A DNA stretch of 61,387 bases from a virus. Taxonomy: Duplodnaviria > Caudoviricetes. This document shows, piece after piece, positions 1 through 8,698 of the stretch (position 1 is the first letter of the stretch; every line of letters begins with the position of its first letter). Location: positions 1 through 61,387 of IMG/VR virus record IMGVR_UViG_3300027320_000012; one strand, given 5' to 3'. The notes beneath the pieces are model-generated. The model was not told where the DNA came from. It searched no databases and saw only the letters and a program-made list of their open reading frames with translations. The translations under genes and the position numbers were made by a program.

Positions 1-257
1 GTAGTGATTTGGAGAAATTGGACGGAGGACTGAACTTTGGAATCCGAAAGCGTGGTCTATTGGACGACGTCGCGGAAGCGTTGGAGTGGGAAAGACTTTA
101 TCGCGATTACTCTTCTTTCACGTTGGAGGACTTTGTCGAAGAAGCCCGCAAGACGGGCGCGACCGCACGTAGTGATTTGAAGAAATTGGACAGAAAGCTG
201 TATGAAGCGGCTTGCGCGCGTAATATATTGGACGACGTCGCGGAAGCGTTGGAGTGG
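1..257 (+). repeat. 168-bp-period intragenic tandem repeat
   Basis: 1-23 nearly equals 169-191; 58-89 is identical to 226-257 (32 bp). Confidence 0.9.
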
Positions 258-581
258 AAGTACCGACATTTTGATCGTTCTGCTCTTTTGTGGTGCGTCT
301 ACCAATACACCGAATACAGTTTTGTCTACACAGGAATTACCAAAGACATGGAGTGCCGGGATTCTCAGCACTGTATCAACGGAAAAAGTCTTGTTTACGT
401 TCACATGGATGACCCAGAATTGACCGTCCTTCACGAAGACTTGACTATGCAAGAGGCAGAATATTTGGAGAAGGCCGAAATTGAAGCCACTGTGGATGCT
501 GGACTGTTCGTGTTGAACAAAATTCATAATCCACAATGGCTTGGAACCAGATTTTCTTGGGAAAAAGAAAAAACCCATTGA
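1..581 (+). CDS. GIY-YIG-like endonuclease with N-terminal 56-aa repeats (5' partial)
   Basis: Frame is open to the window edge; VYQY...VYTGITKDMECRDSQH and AEYLEKAEI resemble GIY-YIG motifs; SDLxKLD...LDDVAEALEW occurs twice. Confidence 0.6.
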   Translation, partial: SDLEKLDGGLNFGIRKRGLLDDVAEALEWERLYRDYSSFTLEDFVEEARKTGATARSDLKKLDRKLYEAACARNILDDVAEALEWKYRHFDRSALLWCVYQYTEYSFVYTGITKDMECRDSQHCINGKSLVYVHMDDPELTVLHEDLTMQEAEYLEKAEIEATVDAGLFVLNKIHNPQWLGTRFSWEKEKTH

Positions 582-629
582 CAAGCCGTTGACGGCACGC
601 TAAAAAGGCACATCTTAGAAAGACCTGAC

Positions 630-1253
630 ATGATACCACTGTTTTTTGATACCGAGACCACCGGACTGACTGTCCCCGGAAAGGACCCGACCCACCCGTC
701 GCAGCCTATGCCGGTGCAGCTTGGTATGAAGTTGGACGCAGCCGACCGCAAAGAAGTCGGAGCAGCCAACTATCTCATAAAGACCGAAGGGTGGATCGTA
801 AACCCGCAAGCCGCAAAGATCACGGGCATCGACAACGCTTTGGCGGATACGTATGGCGTCGATCTCATATCGGGCATGGAAATGTTCTTCGACTACGTCG
901 CCGCATGCGACGTCATGGTCGCGCACAACGCGCGCTTCGATATCACGGTCATGCGCCGCGCGACAGCGGTGTACTGCGCCAAGACGAACCACGCACTCTT
1001 CGATCCCTTTGAGGGCAAGAAGGTAATCTGCACAATGCTTTCGGCGATGAACATCGTCAAGGCGAAACCAAAGAGAAACGGACAATGGAAGTGGCCCAAG
1101 CTAGAAGAATGCACGAAGCATTTCTTCGGCTACAAGTCGGAGGGTGCACACGACGCCCTCGTTGACGTCCGTGACACCGCAAAAGTTTTCTATCACCTTG
1201 TAGACACAGGAGTCTTCGATGAAGAACCACAAAGAACCCGCAACATTCGATGA
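630..1253 (+). CDS. DEDDh 3'-5' exonuclease (DnaQ-like)
   Basis: FFDTETTG, AHNARFD and AHDALVD motifs. Confidence 0.92.
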   Translation: MIPLFFDTETTGLTVPGKDPTHPSQPMPVQLGMKLDAADRKEVGAANYLIKTEGWIVNPQAAKITGIDNALADTYGVDLISGMEMFFDYVAACDVMVAHNARFDITVMRRATAVYCAKTNHALFDPFEGKKVICTMLSAMNIVKAKPKRNGQWKWPKLEECTKHFFGYKSEGAHDALVDVRDTAKVFYHLVDTGVFDEEPQRTRNIR

Positions 1254-1461
1254 TCCGCTCGTACTGAGCCGCGTTGCCCCGTACGTCGGTGACGTGTCGA
1301 AGACAGGCGCAACACTGGTTGCTGAATTGTCTGAGAAGATCAATCAGGTCAGTGTAATTCGATCCATGCAGATCGGCTATATGTTGGCCTGCCAAGACTT
1401 CGCACTTCCGGTCCCCGACTTCAAGGACCCGGCGGAATCCCTTCTCAACGTCAAGGTGTAA
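1219..1461 (+). CDS. hypothetical protein
   Basis: 80-aa ORF filling the operon gap, AGGAG upstream. Confidence 0.6.
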   Translation: MKNHKEPATFDDPLVLSRVAPYVGDVSKTGATLVAELSEKINQVSVIRSMQIGYMLACQDFALPVPDFKDPAESLLNVKV

Positions 1462-1463
1462 AT

Positions 1464-2639
1464 GTGCCAACATATTTTGAAGAACTGATCGCCGAAGGCG
1501 TCCCTGACAAGCTACCGGCTGATGGGTTTACGTTCGAAGACGTGTTCGATGAACACATCGCGAACAACCAGAAGACGTGGAAGCAAAGTCGTGACCTGAC
1601 GGTCGGGGCTTCGGAATGCTTCGGCTGCATCCGCAAGACTTTCTTCGGAAAGCGCGGCACTGAATTCGGTATCGAACCGGACGCGGACTACGAGGAATCG
1701 TGGGGCGCGATGGAGCGCGGGAACATCATCGAGAACAGCTACATCGTCCCGGCTATTGAGGTGGGATTGAAGCGCCGTGGGCTCGAATTGATCATGGCGG
1801 GCGACGGTCAGGACACCCTGATCGAAGGCATTCACTCTGCCACGCTCGACGGACTTATCATTCCGGCGGACCCCGCTATCGGAAAGTTTCTGCCGCGCGA
1901 CTTCCTTGCCTACTACGGCATCGACGACATCGGCGAACAGGATAGCATTGTCCTCGAAATGAAGTCGTTCGACCCGCGCTTGGCGTTGACGCACGAGAAG
2001 GCACAGCACCACGGTCAGGTTCAAATGCAGATGGGAATGATCCGTGAGAACACGGAATACAAGCCCAAGCTTGCCGTCCTGATCTACGTCAACGCGTCTT
2101 GGCTCGACGACATTCGCATCTTCGTTATTGAGTACGACGACTCGATGTATCGCATCGGGCGCGAACGCAACGACAAGGTATTTGGCGTCGATGATGCTGG
2201 CCTGTTTGCCCCCGAAGGCAAGGTCGATGGCATGTGCCAATATTGCAAATTCCAAGGCGCGTGTAACGACGTCCAAGCAAAGCGCGTACCCAACGCACGC
2301 AAGGCCCTGACCAAAAAAGAAATCGATGATCAGGACAAAGAATTGCTTGACGAGCTTCGTCCGTTTGTGCTAAAACGTGACGACGTAAAGCAACAGATCA
2401 AAGAACTCGAAACATCGTTGGAGGAATACAACGAAGCGATCCGACAGGAACTGATCAAGCACGGCACAAGCCGCGCGGTCGCCGATGACTTCAAGGCAAC
2501 CTACACGTTCCAGAAAGGCCGCAAGGCACTCTCAAAAGCAAAGATTGAAGAGGCGGGGCTCGATCCAGAAGATTTCATGGAAGAGGGCAACGGCTTTGAA
2601 AAGCTGACGGTAACCGTCAGTAATCCAGACGCCCGCTGA
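1464..2639 (+). CDS. Cas4-like PD-(D/E)XK exonuclease
   Basis: GASECFGCIRK, TLDG...LEMKS, QVQMQM, CQYCKFQGAC cysteine cluster. Confidence 0.8.
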   Translation: MPTYFEELIAEGVPDKLPADGFTFEDVFDEHIANNQKTWKQSRDLTVGASECFGCIRKTFFGKRGTEFGIEPDADYEESWGAMERGNIIENSYIVPAIEVGLKRRGLELIMAGDGQDTLIEGIHSATLDGLIIPADPAIGKFLPRDFLAYYGIDDIGEQDSIVLEMKSFDPRLALTHEKAQHHGQVQMQMGMIRENTEYKPKLAVLIYVNASWLDDIRIFVIEYDDSMYRIGRERNDKVFGVDDAGLFAPEGKVDGMCQYCKFQGACNDVQAKRVPNARKALTKKEIDDQDKELLDELRPFVLKRDDVKQQIKELETSLEEYNEAIRQELIKHGTSRAVADDFKATYTFQKGRKALSKAKIEEAGLDPEDFMEEGNGFEKLTVTVSNPDAR

Positions 2640-2727
2640 CGCGGGGGTGGCAGCACGATTGCGCGTGGTCATGCTGTCCAATTAAATCACGCTCAAACCA
2701 GAAACCATATCACAAGGAAAAAAAGAT

Positions 2728-3594
2728 ATGACAGCACTCGTAGACCGCTCTAAGAACAGCACTGCTGTTGCAAACACGAACGTGGGCGACCCGTTCGGCG
2801 CAGGCACCGAGAATATGCCCGGTGCAACCACCTACATGAAATTCAAAGGCGCAAGCGGGCAATTCCTCGCAGGCTCCGACGAGGAAGAAATTGATCACGG
2901 CTCCCAATACGCCGCGAACATTTTCGACTCGATGTGGATTTGGACGTTCTGGTGGGACGGCAAGGTGATCGAAACCGAAGAGCACCTTCTGCGTGAAAAC
3001 CCGATGGCGTACGATCACATGCCGGACTACCTGCCGGATGATGACGACATCGACATGACGCTCGACGAAATCAAGAAGATGCAGAAAGAAGACCCTGCAA
3101 ACTTCCGTGATGGTTGGAGCGTTCAAGCCTCTATCGGCCTGCGCCCGGTTGATGGTACGGACGAAGAGTTCACCCTCCGCCTCGGTGGTTCGGTTGCTCT
3201 GCGCGCGTTCCACGCACTCCGCCGCGCATACAGCCGCCAGTACAAGCTCCGCGAAGGGTTGATCCCCGTTGTTGAGTTGGCTGCTGATGGCTACAAGTCG
3301 AAGATTGCGGGGGTCGGACGCCGCTATGCGCCGACTATCAAGATCATCGATTGGGCTTCGGAAGAAGACCTGATGGCGGCGGCTGGCGAAGACGAAGGGG
3401 ACTATGGCGACATGGACCCGACGCCGGAGCCGGAGAAGAAGAAGGCGGCACCAAAGCAGATCGAATCTGCCAAGGAAGTCGAAGAAGATGAGGTCCCGGA
3501 AACCGACGAGGCTGACGAAGCCGAAGTGGTGGAAGAGACCCAAGCTCCTGCCGGACGCCGTGGCGCACGCGGACGCAAGTTTGGCAACAAGTAA
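2728..3594 (+). CDS. putative ssDNA-binding/recombination protein with acidic tail
   Basis: Lies between exonuclease and helicase; aromatic core and long acidic C-terminal region. Confidence 0.5.
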   Translation: MTALVDRSKNSTAVANTNVGDPFGAGTENMPGATTYMKFKGASGQFLAGSDEEEIDHGSQYAANIFDSMWIWTFWWDGKVIETEEHLLRENPMAYDHMPDYLPDDDDIDMTLDEIKKMQKEDPANFRDGWSVQASIGLRPVDGTDEEFTLRLGGSVALRAFHALRRAYSRQYKLREGLIPVVELAADGYKSKIAGVGRRYAPTIKIIDWASEEDLMAAAGEDEGDYGDMDPTPEPEKKKAAPKQIESAKEVEEDEVPETDEADEAEVVEETQAPAGRRGARGRKFGNK

Positions 3595-3664
3595 GGCTTG
3601 ACCTAGTCGGCCTAAAATGTAAGGGTGCTCGTGATAAAACACGGGCACCCGCATTGGAGCAATT

Positions 3665-5098
3665 ATGAGTATCACACCAACAAATCATCAATGGGAAGCG
3701 ATCCAGCAAACTGCTGAGTGGTATTCTGATGCTGCCAAGTCGTTTCAGTTTTCCCCGCCCCCGGCTGAGGATGATCACGTTGCGTGGCAGACCTATACCC
3801 CTCAACGGCTGACCCCCGGAATTGATCCCGGACAGGCGTTTGTGTTCGCTGGATACGCCGGTTCCGGCAAGTCCACATGTGTCGCCGCCCTGATCGAAGA
3901 GCTTGGCCTAAAGCAGGACGAGGTCATGTACATGGCCCCGACCGGAAAAGCTGCCAAGGTTCTCACAGGCAAGCTGCGCGACTCCGGCTGGTACGTTCCA
4001 GCCACGACAATCCACAAAGCAATCTACATGCCCCAGACCCAGAAGTCGCAGGAGATCAAGGATAACCTTGACCGTGCGGATCAGGAGTGGGAGTACCGCA
4101 TTCTGGAAGCCGCGAAGGGCAACGAAGGCGCGCGCGTCATGTTTGCCAATCTGAACAACCACGATCTGCAAGTCCTGATGAACAGACTTGAGAACGAGCT
4201 TTCTGACGCGATGAGCGACGAAGGCTTGTCCTTCACTCTGAAAGATCGTAAACACCTTCCAGAACGCACAAAGCTTATTGTTGTGGACGAGGCGTCCATG
4301 GTCGGCACATTCATTGCTGACGACCTAGCTGCGTTCAACATTCCGATCCTCGCCATTGGCGACCCCGGACAGTTGCCGCCCATCGACAGCGACCACGGTT
4401 TCGACATGGACACACCCGACGTGTTCCTCACAGAAATCCACCGCCAAGCCGCTGAGAACCCGATCATCCAGTTGGCAACCATGGCGCGCCAAGGCGAATA
4501 CATCAAGCCCGGAAAGTACGGCGACAACGCCCGTGTGATCCGCCGCCGCGACGACGACGTCACGTTGGACATGGACAGTGAGGCCATGGTTCTGTGCGGA
4601 ACGCACAAGAAACGCTTCGCCATCACCGGGGAAATCAGAAAGGCCCTCGGCATCACGTCTACCGGCCCGGTCAAGGATGAGCCCATCCTCGTGCAGCGAA
4701 ATTCGCGTGAGTACCCGTCGCTGGTAAACGGCAGCATCCTGACCTGTATGGAAGACGTCGGTGACCTTGAAAACGGTGCCGCGTCCATGGAAATGCGTGT
4801 TCAGAACCCCGACCACGACAACATCGAATACACGCTCAAGTGCCCGCAGGCGCTGTTCGAAGAGCATCACTTCAAGAAGCGTGGAGCTTACAGCGGAAAC
4901 ACCAAGGCGGTGTACCATGCCAAGGCTACACAAGAACACCTTGATTGGGGTCACGTGCTGACCGTACACAAGTCTCAAGGCTCTGAGTGGGATGAGGTTG
5001 TGGTTCACGACGAAAGCGGCGTGTTCCGCAGCGATTCCAACCGCTGGCTTTACACGGGAATTACCCGAGCAAAAGAAAAACTAACGATAGTGGTGTGA
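3665..5098 (+). CDS. RecD/Dda-like SF1B helicase
   Basis: GYAGSGKS, APTGKAA, VDEASM, GDPGQLPP, TVHKSQGSEW, YTGITRA. Confidence 0.93.
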   Translation: MSITPTNHQWEAIQQTAEWYSDAAKSFQFSPPPAEDDHVAWQTYTPQRLTPGIDPGQAFVFAGYAGSGKSTCVAALIEELGLKQDEVMYMAPTGKAAKVLTGKLRDSGWYVPATTIHKAIYMPQTQKSQEIKDNLDRADQEWEYRILEAAKGNEGARVMFANLNNHDLQVLMNRLENELSDAMSDEGLSFTLKDRKHLPERTKLIVVDEASMVGTFIADDLAAFNIPILAIGDPGQLPPIDSDHGFDMDTPDVFLTEIHRQAAENPIIQLATMARQGEYIKPGKYGDNARVIRRRDDDVTLDMDSEAMVLCGTHKKRFAITGEIRKALGITSTGPVKDEPILVQRNSREYPSLVNGSILTCMEDVGDLENGAASMEMRVQNPDHDNIEYTLKCPQALFEEHHFKKRGAYSGNTKAVYHAKATQEHLDWGHVLTVHKSQGSEWDEVVVHDESGVFRSDSNRWLYTGITRAKEKLTIVV

Positions 5099-5124
5099 CG
5101 TGAAAACAATTAAAGGACAAGACA

Positions 5125-6105
5125 ATGCCTAACCCGAAAATTCTCATCATTGGTCACGCCCGCCACGGCAAGGACACTGTTGCAGAAATGCTACGCGACG
5201 AGCACGATTACAACTTCGTGTCCTCGTCTGAATTCGTTGGTCGCGAGATCATCTGGGAACAGTGGGGCAAGGACCGATATGCCTCGTTCGAGGAAATGTT
5301 CGAAGATCGCGTCAACCACCGAAAGCTGTGGGCTGACATGATCACTGACTACAACACCCCCGACAAGACGAAGACCGCCACAACGATGCTGTCTCGTGGT
5401 CACGACATGTACGTAGGCATGCGCCGCCGCGCCGAACTGGAAGCCTGTGTCGCTGCCGGGGTCTTTGACATTATTCTTTGGGTTGACCGCAGTCAGCACC
5501 TGCCCGACGAAAAGTTTGAGAGCATGGAAATGCTGATCACCGATGCCGATCACGTCATTGACAACAACGGCACTCTGGAAGATTTGCGAGACGGTGTTGC
5601 AGAATTCGCCTATCGTGTTCTGGGTAAGACCAAGGACACGAAGCTGGAAGTGCTCAATCTTCTCCAACACCTCAAAGAAGAAATCAGCACTGACGCCGAC
5701 ACACAAGTATCCGCTGTCATAACGACGTCGTGGGGCAAGGTCCTTACAGCCGGTGCGAACTGCCACACCCACGGCCTCGATCCAACCGCAGAGAACAGCA
5801 CCCGACCGGTGAAGTACGACTACATCGAGCATGCGGAGCGTAACGCAATCTTTGCGGCGGCGATGCAGGGCACATCGCTGCAAAGTGCTGAAATTTACAT
5901 CGAAGGTTTTCCGTGTGTCGAATGCGCCCGCGCAATCGTTCAAAGCGGAATCCGAAAGCTGTACCACGGCTCGACCGATGGTTTTGATCCTGTCAAGTAC
6001 AAGTTTGACCTCGCGCGAGAGATTCTCGAAGTCGCGGAAGTCGAGCTTGAGGATTGGAGCGGATGGCTTGACGCCAAGAACACTCCACCAGCAGATGTAT
6101 CGTAA
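5125..6105 (+). CDS. dNMP kinase-like domain fused to dCMP deaminase
   Basis: N-terminal GHARHGKDT P-loop and IDNNGTLEDL; C-terminal HAERNAI and PCVECARAI. Confidence 0.85.
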   Translation: MPNPKILIIGHARHGKDTVAEMLRDEHDYNFVSSSEFVGREIIWEQWGKDRYASFEEMFEDRVNHRKLWADMITDYNTPDKTKTATTMLSRGHDMYVGMRRRAELEACVAAGVFDIILWVDRSQHLPDEKFESMEMLITDADHVIDNNGTLEDLRDGVAEFAYRVLGKTKDTKLEVLNLLQHLKEEISTDADTQVSAVITTSWGKVLTAGANCHTHGLDPTAENSTRPVKYDYIEHAERNAIFAAAMQGTSLQSAEIYIEGFPCVECARAIVQSGIRKLYHGSTDGFDPVKYKFDLAREILEVAEVELEDWSGWLDAKNTPPADVS

Positions 6106-6562
6106 CGACACCATCACTGCGGCGGAGATCGCCGAAGCTCTTAAACATGGTCGCCACAAGAAAGACCTGACCTTCGAAGAACTCCGCCTGTCTTCCGGCT
6201 TTGCCTTGCAGAGCCGTGTAGACCTGTGGGCTCTTAACGTAGCGCCGTCCGCCGGTAACGCTGCGGACGCCTACGAGATCAAGGTGTCCCGTTCCGACTT
6301 CCGCAGAGACAGCCACAAGAAACAACGGGGCGCGCGTCTATTCTCCGACCGCTTCTGGTACGTCGCTCCGGTGGGTGTTATCCCGCATGAAGACGTTCCT
6401 GATTGGGCTGGACTAATAGAATGCGAGTGGTATGCGAACGGAAAGCATAAGCCCTACCTACGCCTGCGTGAGGTGATCTCCGCCCCGAAGCGAGATAAGG
6501 ATGGCCCAACGTGGGGACTCGTGGTATCATTGCTTCGTCACGCTATGAAAGGGGGAAAGTAA
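6095..6562 (+). CDS. MmcB-like PD-(D/E)XK nuclease
   Basis: RVDLWA...YEIKVSRSDFRRD...FSDRFWYVAP...PDWAGL; ATG at 6095 overlaps the previous gene end. Confidence 0.75.
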   Translation: MYRNDTITAAEIAEALKHGRHKKDLTFEELRLSSGFALQSRVDLWALNVAPSAGNAADAYEIKVSRSDFRRDSHKKQRGARLFSDRFWYVAPVGVIPHEDVPDWAGLIECEWYANGKHKPYLRLREVISAPKRDKDGPTWGLVVSLLRHAMKGGK

Positions 6563-6802
6563 ATGGCTAAAGAACCGCGCGTTGTGGCAACATTGCGCAA
6601 TTGGCGCAAGCACGTATGCGACAAAAACGGGACCTTTGTGTTCTGGGGTCACGTCTACGATGACCTCACAAACCGTTTTCCGAACGGGCACTTTATTCAC
6701 ACTGCCCGTGTGGAGAAAGTCGAAGGCGACCTTGTCTACACAGCGAACAGCATATACAAACTTGACGGTGACGAAGTAGGCCCATCAATCGAGTATACAT
6801 GA
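6563..6802 (+). CDS. hypothetical phage protein
   Basis: Abuts previous stop; WGHVYDD...FPNGHFIHT...TANSIYKL. Confidence 0.7.
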   Translation: MAKEPRVVATLRNWRKHVCDKNGTFVFWGHVYDDLTNRFPNGHFIHTARVEKVEGDLVYTANSIYKLDGDEVGPSIEYT

Positions 6803-6957
6803 TCGGCAACCAACATCGGCAAAGCGGACAAAATAGTGGACATCGTTAGTGGCAAAGTTCATCATTTGTTCTTGACAAGTGTATGTGCCAAAACGTAAAA
6901 TCAAAGTCACATTAGTGGCAATAAACCGGACATTAAACCGGCAAGAAGGACCCGACT

Positions 6958-7935
6958 ATGACCATCGAAGCAAAGATTATCGCCGACAGCGTCAGCCCCT
7001 ACGGCCCGCGCATCACCACGTTCCAGTTGAAGTACCCGCGCTTCATCCACGCCGAATTCATGACCCACCGCATGTTCAGCCGAAACGCGTCATCCAGCCG
7101 CGCGATCCCGGTAGAGAAACAGATCGACATGATCCGCGAAGACACGGCGATGCCGTCGCATTGGGGCAAGAACCAAAGCGGCATGCAGGCAGAGTTGGAA
7201 AGCTCCGACTCGGTAACGATCCCGGAAACCATCTGTACGACAGAGGGCAAAGAGATATTCCCCAAAGAGTACACAAACGAAGCGGCGTGGTGTGAAGCCC
7301 GTGACCGCGCAATAGAAGTCGCCAGAGGCTTTGTGAAAGCCGGGTACCACAAGCAAATCGTCAACCGCATTCTTGAACCGTTCAGCCACATCAGCGTTGT
7401 CTGCACGGCGACAAATTACGAGAACTTCTTCTGGCTCCGTCGCCATAAGGACGCGCAGCCCGAGATCAAAATCCTCGCGGACAAGATGTTCGACGTGATG
7501 ACGAACTCCATGCCGGTCAAACTTTCCGAGTATGATTGGCACCTGCCGTACATCACAGACGATGAGCGCGACGGGATTGAAGTCGTAAATCTTGGGGATG
7601 GAAACATCGGGGAGCAGGCGCATTTTACCACCGACGAACTCATCAAGATGAGCGTCGCCCGCTGCGCGCGTGTGTCTTATTTGACACACGACGGCGAGAC
7701 GCCAGACTACAAGAAGGACCTCGCACTGTACGAGCGCCTTGTTGGTTCTTCTCCGCTACACGCGTCCCCTGCCGAACACCAAGCAAAGCCTGACGGGCTT
7801 ATCTTTGTAGGCGAAGGGCTCAAGGATTGGGAGAACAGACATCTTCACGGTAACTTTACCGGGTTCCAGCAATTCCGCAAGATGCTTCCGGGGGAGGCAG
7901 TGAGCGATTGGGCCGGGCTGAATAGCTTCGACTGA
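6958..7935 (+). CDS. thyX: flavin-dependent thymidylate synthase
   Basis: EFMTHRMFSRNASSSRAIP, LRRHKDAQPEI, HASPAEH. Confidence 0.9.
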   Translation: MTIEAKIIADSVSPYGPRITTFQLKYPRFIHAEFMTHRMFSRNASSSRAIPVEKQIDMIREDTAMPSHWGKNQSGMQAELESSDSVTIPETICTTEGKEIFPKEYTNEAAWCEARDRAIEVARGFVKAGYHKQIVNRILEPFSHISVVCTATNYENFFWLRRHKDAQPEIKILADKMFDVMTNSMPVKLSEYDWHLPYITDDERDGIEVVNLGDGNIGEQAHFTTDELIKMSVARCARVSYLTHDGETPDYKKDLALYERLVGSSPLHASPAEHQAKPDGLIFVGEGLKDWENRHLHGNFTGFQQFRKMLPGEAVSDWAGLNSFD

Positions 7936-8189
7936 TGAAAGTTGTAATCACAATCGAGGATAAGGGAGTCCAGACAGTTTCCTACAATATGGAAACGGTG
8001 CTGCCTGAGTCCGAACTCGAACAGAACATGATCACCCCGGCATCTGTAATTGCTCTTGCCGTCAAGGCCATGTTTAACAATGGGATGCTCGCTGAGGCGG
8101 GCTCCCACGCATTGGCAGAAGCCGCAAAAGGCGTCTCCCCAGAAGAGAGCATCAGCAAAAAATATGACCAATCAAACCCCAACTCGTGA
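7935..8189 (+). CDS. hypothetical protein
   Basis: Start overlaps thyX stop (TGATG). Confidence 0.65.
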   Translation: MKVVITIEDKGVQTVSYNMETVLPESELEQNMITPASVIALAVKAMFNNGMLAEAGSHALAEAAKGVSPEESISKKYDQSNPNS

Positions 8190-8526
8190 ACACCTGATAT
8201 TCCTCCGAGAAAAGGAAGGTCTTACACGAGAGCAGATCGCGAAGCATTACGAAGTCAGCCTGACTACCGTACGCCGATGGATCAAAGAAATGAAGGTGCC
8301 GCGCCCGACAAAACAGGCGCGCCAACAGCAGCACAAAAACCTGTCACGACTTGGTGAAATCATCGCCGATGCAGACGACGGTCTAACGGTCATGGATCAC
8401 GCCAAAGCAATCCTTGGGGACCGTCTCACAGAACGACGCGGTCAGGGTTATTTTGTTGACGAACGTCCTGTAAATAGTCGCCGAGTCATCGAAGCGGCGG
8501 GACTAAAATTCGCAGACGAAATGTAG
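8164..8526 (+). CDS. helix-turn-helix DNA-binding protein
   Basis: GLTREQIAKHYEVSLTTVRRWIK; ATG 8164 chosen as start. Confidence 0.75.
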   Translation: MTNQTPTREHLIFLREKEGLTREQIAKHYEVSLTTVRRWIKEMKVPRPTKQARQQQHKNLSRLGEIIADADDGLTVMDHAKAILGDRLTERRGQGYFVDERPVNSRRVIEAAGLKFADEM

Positions 8527-8698
8527 TATTTTCGACCCGGTGGCTCTTGACATGAAATTGTTTTGACAGAGCCTTCGGGTTGTACTACGATGACCAAATC
8601 CGCCCTTCACAAGGGCTCGCACCACAACCTATAGTGCCAACAGCACGCATTCTCATGTCTGCGTGATGGCACCCTTTGTCCGTCAGGAGTAGACAAGA

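Noticed and set aside
1464-2639. Cas4-like gene as part of a CRISPR system
   Set aside because: No repeat-spacer array or other cas genes seen; solo Cas4-like nucleases are common in phage replication modules
5831-6094. N-terminal extensions in ORF track (5831, 8050, 43197, 52996, 57938, 59708)
   Set aside because: They overlap other genes or RNA elements; downstream ATGs with RBS or translational coupling fit better
8527-8698. Cobalamin riboswitch before nrdJ
   Set aside because: No recognisable B12-box or GGGAA core, and the leader after the promoter is short
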